DNA of 25,505 bases, taken from NCBI GenBank assembly GCA_037142615.1, contig JBAXAI010000048.1, positions 1 to 25,505 of the forward strand, in the 5' to 3' direction. Source of the DNA: Spirochaetales bacterium (GTDB lineage: Bacteria > Spirochaetota > Spirochaetia > JABEVK01). This document shows positions 8,058-17,564 of the stretch, one piece after another. Positions within the stretch are counted from its first letter, which is position 1. Each line of letters begins with the position of its first letter. The notes under the pieces are model-generated. The model was not told the DNA's origin. It ran no database searches and worked only from the letters and a program-made list of their open reading frames with translations. The position numbers were made by a program, and so were the translations under genes.

Positions 8058-8879
8058 TCAGGAAGACTTCGGTGCTCGCATCGGAGTCTTCCAAATAACC
8101 CAGGCCGACTCCCAAGCCTTCGGCAAGGGGGTCGGCCGCACCTTCGAAGGGAATCGCCAACAAAAGGCCTCGTAGCTTTCCCGCACCAGACTCGCCCGAT
8201 CCGGCAGGGTTTCAGGCAGAACCACCAGAAAATCGCGGTCGCCGATCCGCCCGCAAAAGTCGCTCTTGCGCAAACCGGCCTTGAGCACGTTGCCGGCCTT
8301 GCGAAGCACGTCGTCGTCCACCTCGGGCCCGCCGAGCTTGAGCCACAGGACAGCCACATGGCCACCGTAGCGTACAAAGCGCTGAAATTCGATCTCGAGC
8401 AGTTCGAGCACCCACCGCCGGTTGGCCAGACTTGTCAGTTGGTCTTCACGCTCGTCGCCGGTCGACGCGGGTGCCTCACGCACGTCATACAGGAGCAACA
8501 CGCCGCCGACCGCCTCTCGCTCGGGGTTGTACACCCTCCGAAACACCCCGTGCAGCAACACCGGCAGGCCGCGAGGGTCGCAGAGCTCCAACGGCCCTTC
8601 CGAGTCGGCCAAACCGAGCGACGAAATCGCCAGCAGCGAATCACGGGTGTCGGTTCCTTGGGCGAGGAAGGTAAGTTCACGGTTGAGGCTGTATTCATCG
8701 GCCCAACCCAAGCGCCGCGAAAAGGCCGGGTTGACGGCTTCGATGGTGCCATCGGTGCGCAAAAAGATCACCAGATCGCGAGTCTGCTCAACAAGGAACG
8801 ACGCGGTTTCCGGTGACCCGGCTACCACGGGCGCGCTGTTGGGTATCCATTGCGAAAGCCAACTCTGCCAAAGACCCAT
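8058..8879 (-). CDS. PAS + degenerate GGDEF protein; C-terminus apparently frameshifted (alternative frame ends at 8017)
   Basis: PAS (DGTIEAVNPAF), DQLTSLANRR, RKSD I-site and GDRDF at the GGDEF position; GGAGG SD and TATACT upstream. Confidence 0.78.
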   Translation of the reverse strand: MGLWQSWLSQWIPNSAPVVAGSPETASFLVEQTRDLVIFLRTDGTIEAVNPAFSRRLGWADEYSLNRELTFLAQGTDTRDSLLAISSLGLADSEGPLELCDPRGLPVLLHGVFRRVYNPEREAVGGVLLLYDVREAPASTGDEREDQLTSLANRRWVLELLEIEFQRFVRYGGHVAVLWLKLGGPEVDDDVLRKAGNVLKAGLRKSDFCGRIGDRDFLVVLPETLPDRASLVRESYEAFCWRFPSKVRPTPLPKAWESAWVIWKTPMRAPKSS

Positions 8880-8989
8880 CGGGCCTCCATTTTTCTGTGA
8901 GTATACGCCCGTTTCGGGGGGCGCGCAATCGAAAGGTGGGCCCTGTGCGAGCGGCCGGTTTTCCGCTATGTTGAAGGCAGGAGTCTCCG

Positions 8990-9982
8990 ATGTTGTTTGC
9001 CCGTTTGTTGTTCCTTTTGGCCGTCCTGGCTGTTCCCTTAGGGGCCCTACCCGCCACGCTCGCCGTCTTCATTCCCGGAGCCTTGCAGGGGAGCCCCACC
9101 TACGAACTGCTCGACGCCGGTGTGCGCAAAGCGGCGGCCGAAGTCGCGGGAACCAAGGTCAAGACCATCGAAGGTGGCTTCAACCAGGCGCAGTGGGGCG
9201 AGCAACTCGCGACCCTGGCAGCCAGCGGCGACTACCAACTGATTGTCACCTCGAACCCAGCCATGCCCGAAATCTGCCTGCCCATCGCCGAGGCGTATCC
9301 GAAGCAGCGATTCCTGATTCTGGAATCCTGGTCGACCAATCCGTCGTTTGCCACCTTGTCGTACAACCACCGCGAGCTGGCCTACCTCCATGGGGCCCTG
9401 GCTGGACTTTTGGTCCAGGCCCGAAAAGGGACCCCGACAGTGGGACTCATCGCCGGGCAGGAGTACCCCGACATGAACAACGCCATCGTTCCCGGTTTTC
9501 GCGAGGGCTTTCAGTCCGTGCTCGCGGGGGGCAAAGTAGAGTTCCGCGTGGTGGGCAACTGGTATGATGCGCAAAAGGGCGCTGAACTGGCCAAGGGCTT
9601 GTTCGACCAAGGTGTTTCGGTGGTGTTGCCCATCGCCGGAGGCGCCAACCAGGGCGTGGTCTCGGCCGCCAAACAGGCTGGCAAGTCGGTGCTGTGGTAC
9701 GACAACGATGGCTACAGCGTCGAAAAGGGCACGGTTGTCGGCAGCGGCGTGATCCATCAGGACACAGCGGCCTACCAAATGGTGAAAAAGGCGTTGGCCG
9801 GCACCTTGGCGTACGGTAAGCCGGTGGTGGTCGGTTTCAAAGAAGGGTACCTCGACTATGTCACGGCGGCCCCCGCGTACGTGGCGGCGGTTCCCGCTTC
9901 CGTGCGCGCCACGTTCGAGGCGCTGGTGGTCCAGTTCCGCACTGGCAAGAAGACTCTTCCGGCACTCCTCACGCAGAACTGA
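8990..9982 (+). CDS. BMP-family ABC transporter substrate-binding protein (nucleoside/purine type)
   Basis: Signal peptide; GNWYDAQKGAELAKGLFDQGVSVVLPIAGGANQGV motif; AGGAG SD; first gene of an ABC operon. Confidence 0.9.
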   Translation: MLFARLLFLLAVLAVPLGALPATLAVFIPGALQGSPTYELLDAGVRKAAAEVAGTKVKTIEGGFNQAQWGEQLATLAASGDYQLIVTSNPAMPEICLPIAEAYPKQRFLILESWSTNPSFATLSYNHRELAYLHGALAGLLVQARKGTPTVGLIAGQEYPDMNNAIVPGFREGFQSVLAGGKVEFRVVGNWYDAQKGAELAKGLFDQGVSVVLPIAGGANQGVVSAAKQAGKSVLWYDNDGYSVEKGTVVGSGVIHQDTAAYQMVKKALAGTLAYGKPVVVGFKEGYLDYVTAAPAYVAAVPASVRATFEALVVQFRTGKKTLPALLTQN

Positions 9983-11436
9983 TGGCCGTTCTGGCGACGC
10001 TGTCGCACCTGAGCAAAACCTTTCCCGACAACGGAGTACGGGCGGTCGACGACGTGAGCCTGGAGCTGAACGAAGGCGAGGTGCTCGCGCTCCTGGGCGA
10101 GAACGGCGCCGGCAAGACCACCCTGATGGCTTTGCTCGCAGGACTTTTGGCCCCCGACGAGGGCGAGGTTTTTCTGGCTTCGGGCCTCAGCCCGGGTTTG
10201 GCGGCCGGCATCGCGCTGGTGCAACAACACCCGCCTTTTTCGCCCGAACTCCACCTGTGGGAGCACGCCATTCTAGGGCTCCCCGGTCGCCACCTCGAAA
10301 AGAAGGAGGCCGTGGTCACCCTGAACGCTGCGGTCGCTCGCTGGGGATTCCAGCTCGACTGGCACCAATTGTGCCGCGACGCCGGGCCTTTGGCTCTGCA
10401 AAAGGCGACCTTGACGGCGTTCTTTTTGCATCCGCTGCGTCTGCTGATCCTCGATGAACCGACGGCGGCGCTCGGTCCCCACGAGGCCGAAACTCTGCTC
10501 GAGGGCGTGCGGGCCTGGACCCGCGAAACGCAGGCCTGTGCGGTGTTCGTGACGCACAAGCTGGCCGAAAGCCTGGGGTGGGCCGACCGCATCGCGGTGA
10601 TGCGCTCAGGACGCCTGGAGGCCCTGACCACGCCCGCACACACCAGCCTGGAGCACCTGAGTCAACTTCTGTTTCCGTCGGGCCTGGCTGCGACTGTGCC
10701 CGAAGATCCTTTGCCGCCGGTCGAAGCCACGTTGCCGCCGGTGTTTGTCGCCCGTGGCACCAGGGCCGACTTCTCGCTCCGGGCGGGTGAAATCCTCGGT
10801 TTGACCTCGCTGCGAGGGGAAGGCGCGGAAGACCTCGAGGAAGAGCTTACGGGTCTGTCGCCGCTCCCGGAGGGTCAGCTGTTTCTGGGTGGCACCGACG
10901 TCAGCCAGCACAGCATTGCTGGGTTGCGTCGTCTGGGGCTCAGCTACGTGCCCAGCGACCGGATGGGGCGAGGTTCCAGCCCGCATTCGCCCCTGGCGAG
11001 CAACGTGATCCCTTACCAGGCCACCCGCCTGGCCCCGGGAGGCATTTTGAGGCGCGCCTCGGTGAGGGGCTACTTCCGTTCGCTGGCCAAACGGTTCTCG
11101 CTGCAGGGTGAGCCGGGGCAAAAACTGGTCACGTTGTCGGGCGGCAACATCCAAAAACTCATCTTGGCCCGCGAGATGGACCAGGGACCGCGCGTTCTGC
11201 TTCTGGCCGAACCCTCGTGGGGCCTCGACCTCGAAGCCCGCCGCGAGCTCTACCGGCTGATCCGGCTGGCTGCCCGCAAGGGGAGCGCGGTGGTCATTCT
11301 CAGTTCCGAACCGCAAGAACTGCTCGAGGTGTGTACCCGCATCGGCGTGCTTCGCGCGGGTCGTCTGCAAGGCGAGCGCCCCACCAGCCAGTGGTCGCTG
11401 GAAAGTCTGGGCCGTGAATTGCTGGGGGTATCGTGA
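9982..11436 (+). CDS. ABC transporter ATP-binding protein with tandem NBDs (CUT2 type)
   Basis: Walker A GENGAGKT, LILDEPT, VTHKL; second NBD with YVPSDR and LSGGNIQK. Confidence 0.93.
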   Translation: MAVLATLSHLSKTFPDNGVRAVDDVSLELNEGEVLALLGENGAGKTTLMALLAGLLAPDEGEVFLASGLSPGLAAGIALVQQHPPFSPELHLWEHAILGLPGRHLEKKEAVVTLNAAVARWGFQLDWHQLCRDAGPLALQKATLTAFFLHPLRLLILDEPTAALGPHEAETLLEGVRAWTRETQACAVFVTHKLAESLGWADRIAVMRSGRLEALTTPAHTSLEHLSQLLFPSGLAATVPEDPLPPVEATLPPVFVARGTRADFSLRAGEILGLTSLRGEGAEDLEEELTGLSPLPEGQLFLGGTDVSQHSIAGLRRLGLSYVPSDRMGRGSSPHSPLASNVIPYQATRLAPGGILRRASVRGYFRSLAKRFSLQGEPGQKLVTLSGGNIQKLILAREMDQGPRVLLLAEPSWGLDLEARRELYRLIRLAARKGSAVVILSSEPQELLEVCTRIGVLRAGRLQGERPTSQWSLESLGRELLGVS

Positions 11437-12485
11437 ATCCACAGGCGAAACGGCCGAACCCGCTGATCGGCTTTGCCAGCACGGCCATTGCCCTGGCCGT
11501 CGCGCTGGGCACCACCGTGGTTCTGCTGTTGTTGTTTGGCAGCGACCCGGCGCACGCGCTAACGAGCTTTTTTGGGGGGCCTTTTTCGTCGTCGTTGGCC
11601 TGGGGCAACACGCTCAACCAGACTTCGCTGCTCATCCTCACAGGTTTGGCGGCGTCGGTGGCCTTTGGATCGGGCAGTTTCAACCTCGGCGGCGAAGGCC
11701 AGATCTACCTCGGCGGCCTGGGAGCTCTGGCTGCCGCGCTGGTGTTGCCGCCCGGCTGGGGGATTGTGGGCCTTGGCCTGGCCTTGTGCGCCGGAGTGCT
11801 CGCGGGCGGGGTTTGGGGGGGGCTCAGCGGCGCGCTCAAGGCGCGGTGGGAGGCCGACGAGCTGATCACGACCTTCCTGCTGTCGGCGGCCATCATCCCG
11901 GTTGTCGACAGCCTGATCACCAGCCCGCTGTTTGCTTCGGCGGGCAGTTACCTCATCACGTCACGCAAGATACCCCACGAGTTCTGGCTGGCCGGTCTGT
12001 TGCCGCCGTCGAACCTTCACGCGGGCGCGCTGCTGGTCTTGCCTTTGGTGGTCGTCCTCGGAGTTCTGATCAGTTCGACGCCGTGGGGCTACCGGCTCCG
12101 GCTTTTGGGACGCAGCCGGGCTTTCGCGCACTACACCGGCATCTCGTTGGCAAGGTACAGTTTGTTGCCCTTGGGGCTGTCGGGAGGCCTGCACGGGCTC
12201 GCCGGAGCGCTGGGCGTGCTGGGCACGCAGCACGCGCTGGTGCAGGGCTTTTCGAGCGGTTGGGGCTGGAACGGCATCGCGGTGGCCCTGATCGCGCGCA
12301 CCAATCCCTGGGCCGTGGTTCCGGCGGCGCTGCTGTTCACCTTTCTGGACCAGGCGGCCCGGACCGTGGTGTTGCAGGGCCAGTTTCCGTTCCAGCTGAG
12401 CGCGCTGTTCCAGGCGGCTATTTTGTTCTTCATCACGGCGCAGTTGGTACCGGTGGCCCGTCGCAAGCTGCGAGGCAAACCGTGA
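11433..12485 (+). CDS. ABC transporter permease (BPD_transp_2)
   Basis: FNLGGEGQ, GWGWNGIAVALIA and multiple TM helices; GTGA overlap with the ATPase. Confidence 0.92.
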   Translation: MNPQAKRPNPLIGFASTAIALAVALGTTVVLLLLFGSDPAHALTSFFGGPFSSSLAWGNTLNQTSLLILTGLAASVAFGSGSFNLGGEGQIYLGGLGALAAALVLPPGWGIVGLGLALCAGVLAGGVWGGLSGALKARWEADELITTFLLSAAIIPVVDSLITSPLFASAGSYLITSRKIPHEFWLAGLLPPSNLHAGALLVLPLVVVLGVLISSTPWGYRLRLLGRSRAFAHYTGISLARYSLLPLGLSGGLHGLAGALGVLGTQHALVQGFSSGWGWNGIAVALIARTNPWAVVPAALLFTFLDQAARTVVLQGQFPFQLSALFQAAILFFITAQLVPVARRKLRGKP

Positions 12486-13330
12486 GCCTTCCGTTTGACC
12501 TGTTTACGCCGTTATTGCTGGCCGCGCTCGGCGCCTTGCTGTCCGAGCGCGCGGGGATCCTGAACATCGCCCTCGAGGGCCAGATGCTGGGTGGTGCGTT
12601 CACGGCGATTCTGGTGCAACAGTTGACGGGGAACCTGGCGCTGACAGCCCTTGCGGTGGTGAGTTTCGGCGCGGCCACAAGCCTGCTCCTGGCGTGGGGA
12701 ACCTTGAAGCTCAAGGCAGACCCCTTCATCGCGGCGCTGGGCCTCAACCTGCTGATCCCCGCCGTGATCGGCTGGGTTTCGTTCAGCTTGTTCGGCAACC
12801 AGGGCGTCATCCGGCTGAACGAAGCCTTTTCGCCCCAGCTCGGCGGCGTCAAACTGACCTTTGTCGCGGCGTTGGCGCTGGCGGTCGTCGTGCACGGCGT
12901 GCTGTTTCACACCTCGTGGGGGCTGCAACTGCGGGCCAGCGGCACGTCCGAAGACTTGGTGGCGAGCCGGGGCTTGAACAGCAACCGACTCAAGACGACG
13001 GCGTTGGTCCTTTCAGGGGTGCTGGGCGCTCTGGGCGGCGCGGTGTTGTCGCTCAACCTCGGCGCGTGGGTTCAAGGCATCAGCGCCGGCAAGGGCTGGA
13101 TCGCGCTGGTGGCCCTGTACCTCGGGCTGCGCCGACCTTTGCCGTTGATGGCCGCCTGCCTCCTGCTGGCTTGGACGCAACAGGCCTCGGGCTTCCTGCA
13201 GGGTCTGCCGGAACTGCCTCAGGGGCTCCTACTCGGGTTGCCTTCGCTCGTGACGGTCGTGGTGTTTGTGATTACCAGCGCCACCCAACGGGGCCGTCAG
13301 CGAAAGTCGGCCAAGCCCATTTCGCGGTAA
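12482..13330 (+). CDS. ABC transporter permease (BPD_transp_2), second subunit
   Basis: GTG start at 12482 in a GTGA overlap; LLAALGALLSERAGILNIALEG and AGKGWIALVA motifs. Confidence 0.92.
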   Translation: MSLPFDLFTPLLLAALGALLSERAGILNIALEGQMLGGAFTAILVQQLTGNLALTALAVVSFGAATSLLLAWGTLKLKADPFIAALGLNLLIPAVIGWVSFSLFGNQGVIRLNEAFSPQLGGVKLTFVAALALAVVVHGVLFHTSWGLQLRASGTSEDLVASRGLNSNRLKTTALVLSGVLGALGGAVLSLNLGAWVQGISAGKGWIALVALYLGLRRPLPLMAACLLLAWTQQASGFLQGLPELPQGLLLGLPSLVTVVVFVITSATQRGRQRKSAKPISR

Positions 13331-13971
13331 GTATGGATCACGCGGTCCACGCCGGCAGCGGTCACTTTGGCCTTTCCGGCCTCGTCGCTCCAGATGCCGT
13401 AGACCTTGCCGGCCCCGGCGGCGCGCGCGGCTTGAATGCCCAGCACACCGTCTTCCACGACCAGGCAATGTTCGGGCTTCACACCCAGGCGGGCGATGGC
13501 CAACGAAAAGAGCGCCGGGTCGGGCTTGCCCGGCATGGTGCCGTCGTCAAACACGATGCGCTCGGGCCGGAACCAACGGTGCAGGCCGAAGGTTTCAATG
13601 TAAAACTCGACGTTGCTTCTGCCCGACGCCGTGCCGATAGCGATTTCGATGCCGTTGGCCAAACAAAGCTCGAAGAGTTCGACGGCGCCATCGACCAGTG
13701 TGACGCGATGGGGCATCGAAAGCAGCATCTCGCGGTAGATCGCCTCTTTCTCTTCTGAAAGCGTGTGCACCTCGGCAGGCGTCGCCTCGCGCCCCAGGAT
13801 ATCGGGCCAGATTTCGCGGTTGGTGCGGCCCACATACCCATGATGGAACTCGTCATCGCTGAGCGTACGACCGAGGTGAGTCTCGGCGATGCGTCGCCAC
13901 ACGATCTCGTGCAAGTCCATGTCCCAGAGCAACGTGCCGTTAAAGTCAAAAACAATTCCGCGGTAGCTCAT
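13297..13971 (-). CDS. HAD-family phosphatase (beta-PGM-like, DxN motif I)
   Basis: IVFDFNGTL, GKPDP and LVVEDG...GIQAARAAG motifs; GGAGG SD; ATGA overlap with rbgA. Confidence 0.9.
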   Translation of the reverse strand: MSYRGIVFDFNGTLLWDMDLHEIVWRRIAETHLGRTLSDDEFHHGYVGRTNREIWPDILGREATPAEVHTLSEEKEAIYREMLLSMPHRVTLVDGAVELFELCLANGIEIAIGTASGRSNVEFYIETFGLHRWFRPERIVFDDGTMPGKPDPALFSLAIARLGVKPEHCLVVEDGVLGIQAARAAGAGKVYGIWSDEAGKAKVTAAGVDRVIHTYREMGLADFR

Positions 13972-14837
13972 TCCGCCTCCTGAGGTTCTGTCGTTTTGGG
14001 AGGCCTTTCGAGGCTGAAACGCCCGAGCTTGCCCGTGCGATATTCGGCCAAAAGTGACTGGAAGGCCCTGTCGTAGTCGATGACCCCGCCCTTGGCGAGC
14101 ATGCCCCGCCGCAGCCCCCAGGCCTCGATGCGGGCAAACACTTCGGTCGCCTCGGCGTCCACGTCGATCGGCTGGTCCCAATACGCGGCAAAGGCTCTGG
14201 GGTACTGGCGGGTGAGGCTGGTCACTAACTCCCGCACCAGGTCGCTCACCGACAGAATCTCGTCCTTCACCGACCCGAGAAAGGCCAACCGCTGCCCGAC
14301 CAAGGGGTCGTCGAACTTATGCCACAAAATGCCCGGGGTGTCGAACAGGTCGAACTTCTCGGCGATGTTGATGCGTTGCAGGCCCTTGGTGTGACCGGGC
14401 TTGGGCGCCACCGAGGCTTTCTTGGCTCCGACCAAAGCGTTGATCAGGCTGGATTTACCCACGTTGGGAACCCCGACGATCATGCCTCGCACCTTGCGCA
14501 GGCCGTACCACTTTTTGTCGTGGCACAGCTCGGTCACCGCTGTCAGAATGCCAGGCAAGTTCTTGCGCTCGGTGCAGCTGATCAGAACGGCCTTGGTGTC
14601 GGGTTGACGCTCGAACCACGCCTTCCACGCGGACGTCACTTGCGGATCGGCCAAGTCGATCTTGTTGAGCAGGATGACACGGGGTTTGTTGCCGATGAGC
14701 TCGAGCAGCAGCGGGTTAGCCGTGGCCAGCGGAGCGCGGGCGTCGACGACCTCAAGGAACACATCCACCTGCGAACGGTGCTCCTGAATGAGCCTCTGCG
14801 TCTTGAGCATGTGCCCGGGAAACCACTGAATATCCAT
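13968..14837 (-). CDS. rbgA: Ribosome biogenesis GTPase RbgA/YlqF
   Basis: MDIQWFPGHM start, DARAP, NKID, GVPNVGKSS and DTPG (circularly permuted GTPase). Confidence 0.95.
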   Translation of the reverse strand: MDIQWFPGHMLKTQRLIQEHRSQVDVFLEVVDARAPLATANPLLLELIGNKPRVILLNKIDLADPQVTSAWKAWFERQPDTKAVLISCTERKNLPGILTAVTELCHDKKWYGLRKVRGMIVGVPNVGKSSLINALVGAKKASVAPKPGHTKGLQRINIAEKFDLFDTPGILWHKFDDPLVGQRLAFLGSVKDEILSVSDLVRELVTSLTRQYPRAFAAYWDQPIDVDAEATEVFARIEAWGLRRGMLAKGGVIDYDRAFQSLLAEYRTGKLGRFSLERPPKTTEPQEAE

Positions 14838-14891
14838 GGTGGGCACTATACCATGATCTGTGCTAAATTGAGTCGTCCCGGGGGGGGATTC

Positions 14892-15221
14892 ATGGCCGAA
14901 TCGATCTTCAAAAACCGCAATATGCCACGCAGCAAGGTGAGCCTGTCGGGTTTTTACCAGTATTCCAACGAATGGTTTCCGTGCACCTTCTACGACCTCA
15001 GCAACCATGGGGCCGGACTCAAAATCAACCAGTTTTTTCTGCCGGGCGACGCCATCGCGCTCAAGTTTGGGCTCAACTCCGACCAGCAGGTCGTGAGGGC
15101 CACCGTTGCGAACGTCAACGGAACCCGCATCGGGACGAGGTTCCAACTCGAAGAGACCACACAGCAGTTTCTAGACCACATTCTGGGCGCCTTCAAGCGA
15201 CCATCGAGGAGAAACGCATGA
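14892..15221 (+). CDS. Stand-alone PilZ domain protein, 109 aa
   Basis: RxxxR (RNMPR) and DxSxxG (DLSNHG) c-di-GMP-binding motifs; ATGA overlap with proC. Confidence 0.82.
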   Translation: MAESIFKNRNMPRSKVSLSGFYQYSNEWFPCTFYDLSNHGAGLKINQFFLPGDAIALKFGLNSDQQVVRATVANVNGTRIGTRFQLEETTQQFLDHILGAFKRPSRRNA

Positions 15222-16018
15222 AGTTCAGCGAGCCTGTCGGAATCATCGGCTACGGCAATATGGGCCGGGCGATCGCCTTGGGCCTGCTCAAGACCTCGCG
15301 CGAGCAAGTGGTTGGGGTGCTCAGCCGCAACGAAAGCGGCGCGGCCCTGGCAGCGAAGAACAAGCGGCTCGTGGTTCACCGCAGCCTCGAGTCTCTGGTC
15401 GCCGCCAGCAAGGTCGTCATCATCGCCGTGAAGCCAGTCGACGTGCCGGCCCTGTTGGTTCAGTTGCGCCCGCTGGGCAGTGGCAAGTGGTTCCTTTCGG
15501 TGGCGGCGGGCCTGAGCACCAAGTGGCTTGCCGAGCAGTTGGCCAGCCCGCAGGTGGTGCGCTGGATGCCCAATCTGGCGGCGCAGACGGGCCACTCGCT
15601 GGTTGGAGTCAGTCCTGGTCCCCAAGCCGACGAGCACTTTGCGACCCTGGCGCTCGATCTGGCCCGCTCGGTCGGCACAGCGGCGTTGATTCCTGAAAAG
15701 CTGATGGCAGGCATCACGGGCCTTTCCGGTTCGGGCATCGCGTTTGTGTTCCAGTTTGTGCACGCGCTGGCGCAGGCCGGGGTACGCGAGGGTTTCGCCT
15801 ACCCCAAGGCGCTCGACCATGCCCTGACGACGCTCGAAGGAGCGGTTTCACTGCTCCGTGCCGGCAACGAGCACCCGGTGGCGTGGGTCAGCAAGGTGAC
15901 CTCGCCCGCGGGTACCACCATTGAAGGCATCAAGGTCCTCGAGGCCGGTGGCTTGACCAACCTCATCATGGACGCGGTCTCGGCGTCTTCCAAACGAGCC
16001 CTCGAACTCGAGCGCTAA
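15218..16018 (+). CDS. proC: Pyrroline-5-carboxylate reductase
   Basis: IIGYGNMG, AVKP, SVAAG, RWMPN, GLSGSG and VTSPAGTT motifs; GAGGAG SD. Confidence 0.95.
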   Translation: MKFSEPVGIIGYGNMGRAIALGLLKTSREQVVGVLSRNESGAALAAKNKRLVVHRSLESLVAASKVVIIAVKPVDVPALLVQLRPLGSGKWFLSVAAGLSTKWLAEQLASPQVVRWMPNLAAQTGHSLVGVSPGPQADEHFATLALDLARSVGTAALIPEKLMAGITGLSGSGIAFVFQFVHALAQAGVREGFAYPKALDHALTTLEGAVSLLRAGNEHPVAWVSKVTSPAGTTIEGIKVLEAGGLTNLIMDAVSASSKRALELER

Positions 16019-16112
16019 TGACCTTCAGCTTCTGCCCGCCGGTGGGTTAATGGGGCTACCAAAGTCACGGCCTGAGTCCTATACTGGGATAAACTGATCT
16101 CAGGAGTGGTCC

Positions 16113-17549
16113 ATGCTGAACTTTATTGAAACCCGGCGAGTCAAAATTGTCTGTACTCTCGGGCCGGCTACGAACAGCTACGAGAAAATCCTCAAACTGG
16201 CTCAAGTCGGAATGGACGTTGCCCGTTTCAACTTCAGCCACGGCAGCAACGAAGACCACAAACAGCGCTTCGACTGGGTGCGGCAGGCCTCCATCGAAAC
16301 GAAGAAGCCCATCGCGATTCTGCAAGACCTTCAGGGGCCGAAGATCCGCGTTCGCGAGTTCGAAGGCGGCCAGGTCGAACTGAAGGCGGGGGCACCGTTT
16401 ATCCTCACGGTACGTCAGGTGATGGGCAACTCGGGCATCGCGGCCGTCAGTTACCCCACGTTCCACAAAGACGTGTTCCCCGGTTCCACTGTCTTGCTCG
16501 ACGACGGCAACTTGGCCATGAAGGTCATCAAAATTGAGGGCGAAGACGTTCACTGCGAAGTGGTGCACGATGGCATCCTCAAGAACAAGAAGGGCGTGAA
16601 CCTTCCCGGCAGCATCCTGTCGGTCGAAGCGCTCACCGAGCAAGACAAGGAACACCTCAAGTTCGGCCTCGAGATCGGCGTCGACTACGTGGCCCTGAGC
16701 TTTGTCCAGCGCCCCGAAGATGTGAAAGCCATCAAGGAACTCATCTACTTTCATGGCAAAGACACGCCGGTCATCGCCAAGATCGAAAAGCCCCAGGCCG
16801 TGGACCGCATTGACGAAATCATCGCTCTCAGCGACGGCATCATGATCGCGCGCGGCGACATGGGCGTCGAGATGAACGTGTGGGAAGTCCCCGCCATCCA
16901 AAAGGATATCATCGAGCGCTGCAACAAGATGGGCAAGCCCGTCATCACGGCCACCCAGATGCTCGAGAGCATGATCAGCAACCCCCGCCCCACCCGTGCC
17001 GAAGCTACCGATGTTGCCAACGCCGTGCTCGACGGCACCGACGCCGTGATGCTCAGCGCCGAAACCGCCTCGGGCCAGTATCCCTTCGAAGCGGTCGAGC
17101 ACATGCACAAGATCATTCTCACCATCGAGGCCAAACGTAGCCGACCGTTCAGCGACCGCAAGCTCGAACTCGACGAGACCTACACCGTGGCCAATGCCAC
17201 CGGCGAGGCCGCCAGCGTGGCCGCAGCCGTGGTGGGGGCAAGCAAAATAATCTGCCTTACCGACTCGGGCTATACTGCAAAAGTGGTGAGCCACTTCAGG
17301 CCGCCGCGCGCCATCTTGGCGGTGAGCCCCAGCGACAAGGCCCTTCGTCAACTGGCCCTCTACTGGGGAGTCTGGGGCGTGCCCATCAGCACCTTTGGCG
17401 ACAACATCGATGACGCGGTGCGCACGGTGACCAACCTGCTCAAGAACGCCCACTACGTGAAGAGCGGCGAGCGGGTGGTGTTCACGGCAGCGCTTCCCTT
17501 CACGGCGCATCGCGACACGAACATGATCCGAATCGAACAGGTCCCGTGA
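16113..17549 (+). CDS. pyk: Pyruvate kinase
   Basis: KIVCTLGPA, ARFNFSHG, DLQGPKIR, IAKIEK, MIARGDMG, ATQMLESM and AVMLSAETA motifs; AGGAG SD. Confidence 0.97.
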   Translation: MLNFIETRRVKIVCTLGPATNSYEKILKLAQVGMDVARFNFSHGSNEDHKQRFDWVRQASIETKKPIAILQDLQGPKIRVREFEGGQVELKAGAPFILTVRQVMGNSGIAAVSYPTFHKDVFPGSTVLLDDGNLAMKVIKIEGEDVHCEVVHDGILKNKKGVNLPGSILSVEALTEQDKEHLKFGLEIGVDYVALSFVQRPEDVKAIKELIYFHGKDTPVIAKIEKPQAVDRIDEIIALSDGIMIARGDMGVEMNVWEVPAIQKDIIERCNKMGKPVITATQMLESMISNPRPTRAEATDVANAVLDGTDAVMLSAETASGQYPFEAVEHMHKIILTIEAKRSRPFSDRKLELDETYTVANATGEAASVAAAVVGASKIICLTDSGYTAKVVSHFRPPRAILAVSPSDKALRQLALYWGVWGVPISTFGDNIDDAVRTVTNLLKNAHYVKSGERVVFTAALPFTAHRDTNMIRIEQVP

Positions 17550-17564
17550 CCAGAAGGGCTTGGA

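Noticed and set aside
8176-8183. Programmed -1 frameshift at GGGAAAG in the GGDEF gene
   Set aside because: The heptamer is not phased as X XXY YYZ in the incoming frame (codons CGG GAA AGC); an indel is more likely.
11414-12481. 638-aa ORF suggesting an N-terminally extended permease; similar long starts at 14181, 15146, 14319, 14972 and 23054
   Set aside because: The extensions overlap neighbouring genes or other features, and family N-terminal motifs and SD or overlap signals place the starts later.
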